From assembly GCA_013239625.1 (NCBI GenBank), contig MU053810.1, forward strand, positions 496,001 through 560,000: DNA of 64,000 nucleotides, in the 5' to 3' direction. The stretch is from Lama guanicoe (lineage: Eukaryota). Both the position numbers and the translations under genes were made by a program. Positions 13,753 through 24,600 of this stretch are shown one piece after another. How positions within the stretch are numbered: the stretch's first letter is position 1; the number at the start of each line of letters is the position of its first letter. The notes under the pieces are model-generated. The model was not told the DNA's origin. It saw only the letters and a list, made by a program, of their open reading frames with translations, and ran no database searches.

Positions 13753-14001
13753 GAAAACAGACTTATGGTTACCAAAGGGGAAAGGAGAGGGAGGCATAAA
13801 TTAGGAGTTTGAGATTAGCAGAAATAGACAGACAGCAGGGCCCTACTGTAGAGCACAGGAAACTATATTCAATAGCTTGTAATAACCTATAATGAAGAAG
13901 AATATATAAATATATATACATCTATATAACCGAATCACTCTGCTGTACACCAGAAACCAACACAGCATTGTAAATCAACTATACTTCAATTTAAAAATTT
14001 T
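13753..14001 (+). mobile_element. Short LINE-1 3' end with TSD
   Basis: L1 3' UTR; TSD ttttgaaaatca (13741-13752) / ttttgacaatca (14002-14013). Confidence 0.88.
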
Positions 14002-14053
14002 TTTTGACAATCAAAGTGGTCAAGAATGCTCCCTTGAGACATCAAATCTCCGT

Positions 14054-14609
14054 TGTAAATGGTGTAAAAGAAAATCAGTAGACATGAAGGTTTTTGCAGA
14101 TGAATAATATCAAGTCTGATACATGAAGCTTAATCCTGTCCCTTCATTCAGCAAGAGTATTTTTATCACAGCTTCTCATTGGGGGGGTTCAACTTTTTGT
14201 TACTAGTCCTTCTCACGAACTTTCCCAAGATGGTTGATATCTGAAGTAGATTTGCCAAGACAGATGTGTCCATTCACATTTTCTAAGAAATACAAACTCC
14301 AGTTCCTCTGTCAAGTTGTATCATCAGAAACTTGTCTACTTCAGCCTCCCATAAAAATCTCTTCAAAATTGTATTTTGGTATGTCTTTGATTTTTTTGGT
14401 CAAAGGTCAACATGACAAATAGCCATACAAAGAATATCGTTGCATTTGCTGCACAATTGCTAAGTACGAAGACAGTCTCCTTGCTTCTCCAGAGCAATTC
14501 CGCAGAGTTATCTGAGAGGCTGTCTTCTAGGCTGTAGTTCTCAGTTTGGCTCAAATAAAACTCTGTTCTATTTCTGTTCTAGATGGTTTGCTGATTATTT
14601 TCGCTGCCA
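14054..14609 (+). mobile_element. Solo ERV1 LTR, MER41-like (Laurasiatherian type); 5' boundary approximate
   Basis: 3' half cagagttatctgagaggctgtcttctaggctgtagttctcagtttggctcaaataaaactctgttctatt...ttttcgctgcca resembles the recalled family; TG...CA ends, AATAAA at 14554-14559. Confidence 0.6.
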
Positions 14610-15381
14610 CCCCACCAGACAGGATCTGCCCTAACTGCATGGGAGGGGAGACGCTGTGCTACTCCCCTCTGTATCTGTGGGAGCCTCACACTTTCTCTGA
14701 TGATGCTGAGAAACATACCTCTGATTAGTAAAATATCCTTTGAAACCACATGAGACAGATACTGTGGGAAACTAACGTCTGCTTCCTTCAAACTGCTTGT
14801 TCCGTGAAGTAAAATGACCCATAAAGAACACTTAGCAGAGGGTCGTGGCATTTTGGAGGTGCTGAGTAAGTCAGGTATCATGGATGTATCGTCATCAATT
14901 AGGACCCTGAAGAATAACTGCTACGATGGTAGCCTAAAAAATTCACCCTTCCTCCCCAAAATTCCAATAACTGTTAAAAAGGCCAAATTATAATTAACTC
15001 TGTGACGGTTTCACTAGTATATATGAAGGTGGTTAGTTAAGGTACTGAAATTTTCATGGTGGATAGTCTGAGAAGTCTGCATTATTTTAACTATACCCAA
15101 ACCGAAGCTAAGTTGACAGAAAAATTACAAGAAAATCCTCAAAGTAGGAAAAAATATTTCTCTAGGGATATAAGGTTCTATTTTTCCAATGCAAAAATAA
15201 TATTAAGAAAGAACCCGTTTCTGTATAACACATATGAACTTGCCCAGCTACCTGACAGGTATAAAAAACAAAACAATGACAGCATGAGAAACAGAGATGA
15301 ATCGAAACAGAAAAGAAGGCGGCATTTCACAGAACGTACTTCATCATCAGAAGACGTCGGTCTCCTGTGTTTAAGATCTAT

Positions 15382-15387
15382 TTTATT
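15382..15387 (-). terminator. CDC123: CDC123 polyadenylation signal AATAAA (3' UTR about 200 nt)
   Basis: tttatt on + strand about 190 nt past the stop, first canonical hexamer; U-rich sequence further downstream. Confidence 0.75.
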
Positions 15388-15577
15388 ATGTGATTTCTAC
15401 ATGTAGCAAAGCCCCTCCATTTCCCCCCAGCTTTATACATGAATATAAAAAGCTGCTGATTTCCATCCTGCTCCCCCAGCCCCCCTGCCCCGGGTTAATA
15501 GGAGGCTGTGAATGGCGTCCGGCCCCCAGCAGCAGCGCTGCTTCCGCTGTGACTTGGCCTTCAGCTCTGGCACGTCA

Positions 15578-15604
15578 TCAGGCATCCTCTTGCTGATTTC
15601 TCTT
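15578..15604 (-). CDS. CDC123: CDC123 exon 13 coding part (KRNQQEDA*)
   Basis: Acceptor cctttgacag|AAG; TGA at 15580-15578 followed directly by a second TGA. Confidence 0.95.
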   Translation of the reverse strand, partial: KRNQQEDA

Positions 15605-18600
15605 CTGTCAAAGGAAACCACGAGACATTAAAACAGCACCTTCCCGCTGGACATCTGTTCGACTGAGATCACTTTTTCTGTTGGCGAGTTATGACCTTCC
15701 GGAGGCCTTGGCAAAAGATGTGGTTGAAAACCGGCATGGAGAAGCATGCCTTCCATAGCTCCCTAGGCTGGTTTATCACTCTGGCTCCTGGGCACGCTAC
15801 CCTCACTGTGTGAACATCTTCTTCTCTTTCTTCTTTGTGTACAAATATTACCACACAGAGACCCACGCAGACATAGATGCTCACGTTCCCCCTGGAGGAG
15901 CCCTGCTCTCTCAGACCTGTAACAGTGTACACAGCTGACCCTTGAACAACACGGGTCTGAACCACACGGGTCCACTTACGTGCGGGTTTTTTTCCCAGAG
16001 TAAATTCTACAGTTACTACAAGACCGCACTGGTTGACTCCGTGGGTGTGTGGAGGGCTGGCTCTAAGTTATATGCTGATTTTCCTCTGTTTATTTAAGGG
16101 TCAACTGTATACACTTTGTTCAAAATTAGAAGTATTATGAAAATCATTCAAAAGCATCACACCATAAAAAGGTTTTCTGTCAATCAATGATTCCTTCAGC
16201 TAACTTTGCATTTTTCATTAAAAATGACCTGACTCAGTAATTCTGTCCCTTTAGTTCCCAATCAAATAAAAGCCTACGTGGTATAGGACTGAAATGAAAC
16301 AGCAAAAAGTCTGTGTGAAAGCAGAGACGAACCAGCGCACTAAGCATACGTGAACTTTACCAGTTTCAGGAAATCTATGAGTTTGTGAGCGTCTTCGCCG
16401 GTCGAGAGGTCCACGAAGTCCTTGGGCAGCCGATAGCTCAGGTAGGGACTCGGCTGCACTGTGACTTCGCTGTTGGTGCAACGGAAGGCCGGGGAGTCCT
16501 TCACAAAGGGAAGAGGGGAGTCGGTGAGAACGCTCCTTTTCAAGTCTGTTCTCCGGACTGAAAAAGAGCCTAGCTTAGCACTCCACTCTGTGTCCGCTTT
16601 TGTACTAGGCAGGGAAGGAAACGCAATTCTGAAGCAAAAGCAAACACCAAGACTTTTGAAAAACACTTCCACAGACTCACAAGAATGTAAGAATACAACG
16701 TATGTGAAGACAGAGTCTGGGGGAGCCAGGCGGACCCCTGAGGGCTGCGGTGCGGATGGGCGGGTCTCTCACAGGCCGAGGCTACTCATCTCCGGTGCGG
16801 AGCAATCCCAGACGGGCCAGCAGGCTTTACCATCATGACTGTTTTCCGCAGGCGCACGGCTGGGAAGGGCTGCCTGCGAGAATAACCGTGGGGCAAACCA
16901 GGGCTCCGAACTCCTAAGCCTTCTGTTCTTTTCTCATGTCATTTAACTTACTTCTTTGCGGGTCTCTGTCAGACTTTTATGTCTGCAAATGCAGGGATCC
17001 TATTTAACGGGCCTTCACATTCTTTAACGTACTTGCCTAGAGTCTTGCACAGGCTATTTACACGGTGCCTGGTGCCGGAAAGAACTTCCGAGCAGAGGCC
17101 TTGGGTGTGGGCTTCCCGGGCGGCAGCTGTCTAGGGGAGGGACAGCTGGAGTCCAGCAGATGGAGCTGGCACAGAACAGGACCACAGAGCCCTACAAAGC
17201 AGGCTGTCTCTTGGGACAGACCAGCCATCTGACAAGTACTCATCAAACACCTACTGTGTGCTGGACCTTGTTCTCAGGATGGGAGAAAAGCTGGTCAGCA
17301 AGAATGGCAGAAAGCCAACGAGCAAGCAAATAAATCAACTCACAAGGCTGATCCAGATAGTAAAATGGGTTATAAAAACTAAACAACAGGGCGCTACGAT
17401 GAGAAAAGAACCATGTAGGCTCCCCTTTAGACGGCTAGTCAGGTGAAGAGAAAACTATTCTGTAAAAGGCAGAAAACACAAGACAGCAGGAAATGAAGCA
17501 CTGAGCAGACAGGACTGCACACGTAGTGCCTCATTTGAATAGGCATGCTACAGACAAAATACAAACACTGGGTCTTAAGGTGGTAAGATGATGGGTGACT
17601 TTCAAATTTAATTTAAAAATGAGCATGCACTACTTTTATAAGCAGAAAAAAAGCAAGACAAAGTTGTTGCTGTAAGACGGTGTGGCTGTGGAGATGGGGA
17701 GAAAGGAGAGAGTGGAGAGGGGAGAGGATGCTGGTGAGGGACACGCAGGTGGTAGTGACAGCCCGTGGGAAGTCGGGGGTTGGGACGGGGAAGAGCTCCC
17801 ATCTGTGTGTCAGAGCGACACCCCTCTATCAGCCTGGGGCTGGCACCAGAGTAGACAGACCAGAGTCAGGGTTCTCCCAGGTGGGCAGGACAGAGGAGCC
17901 AAGAAAAAGAAAAACAAGAAAAAAATCTATCAGGTGACCTCATTTCTTCAGACCAACTTAAGTGAGTAAGTCACAAAGCACACGCTTCTCCCATCACTGC
18001 TGGGGGCCAGTGTCTCTGAGTAAATCTGTGTTCCTGCCCAAAGGACAAGCGAGCAGTTGCTCAGTGGCCTGAGAGGTTGGCTGTGGACCCTCTTCATCAT
18101 CTCACCTGCTCCAGAGCTTCTCCTTCAGTAAAATCTCCCTTTAGGTTTCTTCCAGATATCAGCTCATCCCATGTAAACAGCAGCGAATCTGTCACTTCAC
18201 CAAACGGATTAAAATCAATCAGCCACACCTTGCCCTGCAGCACAGACAGAAAGTCTCATGAGCATAAGATGAAACCAAGTCATCTGTCTTATCAGAAAGG
18301 TCGTATAATTTTATCCAAAATATAATCTTAAAAACCTTATCATTTATTTCGAACGGCAGTTCCTCCAAGTACCACCTGAGAAAGGGCCACCTGTCTAAGT
18401 CAAGGAGGCACAGACCCAAAGGGAAGGCAGAGGAGAGACCTAGAAGAGAGCGCCCTGACGGAGACATATCTTCCAACTCCTGCCCCAGGACATGGGGGGA
18501 AGTCACATCAAAAATCCAAGCAGGTAAAAGGACACCCTCACAAAGTGTTTCCCCCAAAGCAGGGTAGCTGGGACGCTTGAGGGTGTCTTCAGTTACCCTT

Positions 18601-21600
18601 CCCAAGGAAGCAGCTCTCAGCACCGTTCCTGAACCCTGAGAGGCTGCTGGAAAGGGCTGTTTTTATTTTTTGTTAAACATACGAAAGACTTAAGAAAAAG
18701 CTCAGTTGTCTTTAATTTCAATGTAATAACTATCTTCTCTGCGTGATAGAACTTGATGACATAGGAAAGGGAGATGAAATTAAAACAATGTATCAACCTT
18801 TGAAAGAAACAGTCAGTCTTCTCCAACTGAGAGAGAAGTGATGGACAGCGTGATAGGACCAGCCTCAGGGAAAAAACAGCTCTGATCTGGTCAGACCAGG
18901 TTAGTCAGACACAGTGGCATCTTAGTATAAAGTGGGAGAGCACAGCCATAAATGAGCCGGGGAATCTGCAAAATCCTGCTGGGAAATCAGAGCCAACACA
19001 TCTGATCACAGAGACGCATGTGCCATTTGGTAGATAAACGTTTCCTGGAAACTTCTGTCTTTGCACCTCTTGATCTTTCTCATTGAGAAATTCGTATAAT
19101 TGGACTGTTTGGTTGTTGGTAGTTTTTTTTCTGCAAATATGTAGCAATCTTGTCTTGATCAGACACGCGTGCGTAAAATTACAAATACCTAAGGAACTAG
19201 ACTGCTGAGCCCGCATCACTAACACCTAGGACTATTTCTCATCTGGGTTCAAGGAAAAACTTAAGACAGATGAAACATCTATTAGCACTAGCTCCAAACT
19301 AGAAACCTCTCGTGAGCGGCAGAGAACCATCACAGGAAGTCTGTACCATACGCTGTTTGGCCAAGTGTCCTAGTTTTTAGGATCCCCAGGAGAAATCCTG
19401 CAGCTCCTTCTCGCCACTTGAGTTGTATCCTCACCTCAGTCTGGTGCCCACTCAGACGTTCTCTCAATGTGTGAAGTAATGTCAGCCATCAATCAACCCC
19501 TTCGTACGATGTCAGCTTTGCTTTTTGGGCGATGACTCTTTTGTCTTTGGTATACTGCATGCTATTTTAACAAAATGAGTATTTTCTAACCTTCAAACCC
19601 TTTCTACTTGAGTTTTTATAACCAGTAAAACCATCTCATTATATTTTTTCTTTTTTTTTTAAAGAAAAAAAACTCGCTGCATCTGTATCAGGATATTGAC
19701 TCCATAAACTAAAACTTTGCCACAGTGTGAAAAAAACAAGTAAGATCACCGCTGTTAGGACTGATGGCTGGCAGAATCTGTTGTGTGAGTCAGAAGCCAT
19801 CCTCTAATCTAAAGAAAAATAAACCAGCCATAATCAGGCCTAAAACTATCAAGATGAGGATTTTATACCTATAACACGTTTTTCATGTCATACCTCAGAA
19901 ACAGGACATCCTGAGAAGTTGCTGTAGGTGATCCATCAGATAAAAGTGGCCACACTGACCTTCCTAATATCCACCAACTCACCACCCACCAAGTCCTCCC
20001 AAGCAAATCTCTAGGCACCAAACACGGTGCCAGGCATTGAGGTATAAAGATCAGTAACACAGAATCTACTCCTTTAAAGAGCTCAGTCCAGACCAGAACA
20101 CACACACACACACAGCCATGTAAGAAACTAGAAAGCCCTCCGAGATACATTGCTTTAAAAAAGTGCAAAAAGCAAGGTCCAAGTGTGTATCATATGCTAA
20201 CTCTTGTGTAAGAAAGATGGGAAAAAACTGAGTGTGCTGCTTGGTTCTGCATCGAGAAATACCGCAAGGATCCAGCAGAAACAAACGCAAGCGTCCCTGT
20301 AGCAGTGCCGAGCGGCGGGGGGAGAGCGGACCTTCTGTGTGTATTTTCACACTGATTTGATTTTTGAGCTACGTGAATGTATCATCAATTAAAAGTTTTA
20401 AGACTCTGCGAGTTCTGGACCGGTGTCCGCCGGGGGCTGGGGCGGCTCACGAGGAGCCCGGGGCGGCGCTGGAGCAGCTGTGCGTCCTCGCTGCGGCCGT
20501 GGTCACACGGCTGGACGCGTCTGTCAAAACTCACAGACGCTACAAATGGTGAACTTTACGAAAACTGTATCTCAAAAAATCTGACCAAAAAAATTCAGCA
20601 GTTTTAAACGACTGAAAATATGAAAGAAATCAAAGCCCTAAAACCAAGATACTATGAAAAAAGGAATAGGCAGAATTGAAAAAGTCACCAAACAAAATCT
20701 GCAGAAATGAAAAAATCTAGCTGCTATGATTTAAAACACAGTAAAAAGGTTAAAAGAATCAAATGAGACGTGGCTGGAAGAGAACCAGTGAACTGGAGCA
20801 CAGCTGAGGAACCGCACAGCACAGCACCGAGAGGAACAGGGGGGAAAGGAGGCGAGGAGACGCGCCAGCACACCTCTCATCAGATCCCAGAGGCCGGAGG
20901 ACAGAGAAGGAAGACACAGTGTTTGAAAAAGTACCTGAGATTCTCCATAACTGACAAAAGAAATGAATTCTTAGACTTTGAAAGTATGGCAAAAAGACAA
21001 AAGAGAAAAATGGAAAGGAAAGGAAAGTCGACCACAATGGGACAGTGTGTTCCAGGTGCTGAGGCAACAGAACTGGTCAACTGACAATTCAGTACTCAGC
21101 TAAGATCGTCATTCACGCCCAAAACTGAAACAAAACCTTCCCCAGCCAACAGCAGAGGGACTTAACTACTCAAGGACGTGCTGTCAGAAAGAAACTGGAT
21201 CCAAAAAGCAGTGAGAAGCAAAAAGCACTGGTGAGCAAAGAAACTGAACAGTGACAGCAATGCGTAATTTGCGGGATAAATCCAAAGCTGAACGAAAATT
21301 CAGAAATCACATGAGACCAAAATGGGTGCCAGGAACTAGTGTTCCAAGGTCCTTGCATTATGAGGGTGACAGGAGGTGAAATTAACTTTAGAGCTTATTA
21401 ATTACCCATATTAAGATTTAATGATAAACTACCAAAATAACAGAAATAAAAAGCCAAACTTCAAAATAATTGGGGGAGAGGGTGGAAAGAATAAAGAAAA
21501 AACAGTAATATAAATAAAAGGATTAAAAAAAAGCATAGGAAAGCAAAGCAAATCAAAACAGTCAAGAAAATACGCTGGAAAACATTCAAATATCAAATAT

Positions 21601-24600
21601 GATCAATACAAACTACACTTGCCCGTTAAAACCAGGAACTGTCACTGAATGAAAAAACAAAACCCAGCAACACACTACTTTACAAGACACAAATGCACAC
21701 CTAAAACCTAACGGCTAAAAATAAAAAGACTGAAAAAAGATACATTCTAAGACCAAAAGAAAACTAGCAACAGTATTAATCAGACAAAACACACTTTAAT
21801 GCAAAAAGCACCAGTGTGTTACTAGGGACAGAGAGGGTCACTGCCTAAGGATGAGAATTCACTGGGAAAACAAAACCATCACGAACTAGCATTTGTTGAA
21901 GAACATAACCCCAAAGTATGTAACACAAAAAAAGACAGAACTAGAAAGCAGGAGGTTTCAATATACCCTGTTCGGTAACTGATAAATTAAGTAGACAAAA
22001 TTAGGAAAGATGTAGATTTTTTTTCATGCTTTTTAAAGTTAAAAAAAAAAGTTTTTACATGGAAAAGTTGAAATATAAACAAAAGCAGACAAAATAGTAC
22101 AAGGAGCCCATGTGCCTTCCATCAGTTTCCACAGTTCTCTTGTCGAATCTGTGGCTGGTTTTGTTTCATCTATAGCCCACCTGTTCCCCCAAATCTGCAC
22201 TGCTTTGAAGGGATCCTCAGACATCACTTCATTCATAACACACAGAAGATTTTAACATTATTAATATGCTTAATCCAACAAAACACCTACAAAATACTTT
22301 AACATTAGAAACTGTACTTTCATTTTTCAATCACACACAGGAGAGTTATGAAAAAGTGACCAAGTTGCAAATCCATTCTCAACAATATCCAAGACTCAAG
22401 GGCAGACATATTCATCCCCAAAAGCAATGAAATTAGTAACAAAACAGTAACTATCACCAAAAAGAATCCATAAGGGGACCCGAATGAATCATTTTTCAAG
22501 TATCTAAGGTCGTTATTCTAAATTCCAGTTATGTGTTATCATTGCTCAAGGAGCTTCTTAAAATACACATTCCAAGGCCTCACCCCAGCCCTGATGGCTG
22601 GGTGGCCACGGCTCTGACATACGTGGGGTTAGAACCTATCCATACTGAGGCACCTTGCCCGGGCGCCAGCAGAAAGCAGACACATCGACGTGCTGCCAAG
22701 CCCAAACACACTCCAGTTACACTTCATGTCAGAGACCACCATAAAAGAAGAGTTAGTTCTGTCGCAAGAATGGTTGTAAAATTATGTGTCTGAGACCATG
22801 CACTGAGTGAATACAAGTGAGCCTGACGTCACGGCTCGTATCTCTTCTCAGAAGCTGTCAGGATGTTTGTACTGGCAGGTTTCCCACTTTGAAAGCACAT
22901 GGCTGCTTTCAGTTCTGTAAGATCCCAGCAGTAATTACTTATGGACACGTCTAACTTCACTTAAGACATCTACATAACTCTTTCACCAAACTACACATTT
23001 CCATTGACTGGCCGGCCCTCCCGAACATCACAGCAGACCTACCTGGGCGTGTGCCAGGGAAACAGTGAGAGACCCGGGCAAGCTACAAATCTGCAAATGC
23101 CATTAAATATAACTGCATTAAGACAGAACTGCTTCAAGCTGAGGGCTCCATGGGCGTGTGCACGTGGAGGCAGGGCTGGGGTCTGGGCTGATCCCTTGGC
23201 TCCCACAGCAGGTCTAGGTGTGTGACGATGTGCGGATCCTGGTACCTGACTTCGGCGGATCTGCACCACCAGATCCGTGTTGGTGGCTTTGTGAGCACAG
23301 CACCTGAGGGACATCTGGCCTAACTGCCTGCATTCCCACAGCTGAGGCGGGGCGAGGGCAGCGCCAACCACAGTGCACTCTGGGAGCCCGCACAACAGGT
23401 GACAGGTGACACCATGGTGTGCACTGCCCGGGGGACAGCTCCTGAGGAGAAAGACTTAGCAGCTCCTTTCCCAGCAGAAGTGCTCTAGTCCTGCCCACCT
23501 CACACCGCAGCTCAGAAACCGATCTGAGGACTTCTCCTCCAGCAACTGGGGATTAGACCCGGCCCCCAACTGGGCTGTGACAACCAGAGAGCAAAGAGGA
23601 GGCCCTCCTCAACACCCAGTGCAGGCTCTGGTCACCACGGCACCAGTCACACCCCTTGTCAAGGGGGTCACAGCCAGCACACGTGGAGGAAAGACATGGC
23701 AGCCACTCACACTAAAAACAGCCCTCGCACAAAAGTATTAGATGCATGCAGGCTACCCGGGGACACTCTCACAGGAAAACAGCCCTCAAGACTGCAGCAC
23801 ACAACTGTTTCTCCTAAATTCAGAGTCAGAGAAATATAAGTAAAATGAAGAAGCAGATGCCTAACTAAAGCAAGAGAAATCCCTCAAAAAAACAATGAAA
23901 CAGGCCTCTCCAGTCTACCAGATCCCAAGTTCGGAAAGGAGGTAATAAAAATACTGAAGGAGCTAAAAAGGCTCTCAACAGAAACGCAGATCACTGTGAC
24001 AAGGAACTAGAAACTATAAAGAGGAGCCAATGAAAATCAGAAAACTCAATTGCTGAGATGAAAGCTGAGCTAAAGGCAATAAACAGCAAACTAAATAATG
24101 CAGAAGAACGAGTAAGTGATCTGGAAGACGGAATAATGGAAATCACCTGATCAGAACAGCAGACAGAAAGACAAATAAAAAAAATGAAAGCAACACATGA
24201 GACCTAGGGGATAATACCAAGCGAACCAATCTACACATAACAGGGGTCCCAGAAGGAGAAGGAAGATAAAAGGGAATGGAAAATGCATTTGAAGAAATTA
24301 TGAGTGAAAAATATAATTGCTTTAGGTTTAGTATCTGTAACATGGGAACAAATGACACATACTTCACAGGGTTGTGTGGACTACAGGAGGTCCTGAATTA
24401 AGTAAGAATAAAGTTCTTCTGAGCTGCACACTCAGGGTGAAGGGCTAGGTCTACTCCCTCACTGACTGATTTGTTCCTGCTTTTGACCAGGCCAGTTCCC
24501 TGGCAGGTGGAAGTCTCCAAGGTAAGCTCCTTGAAGGTCGAGACATCATCTTGTTAGAAGCACAGCATCTAACCTATCACAGGCTCTCGATAAATGGTGG

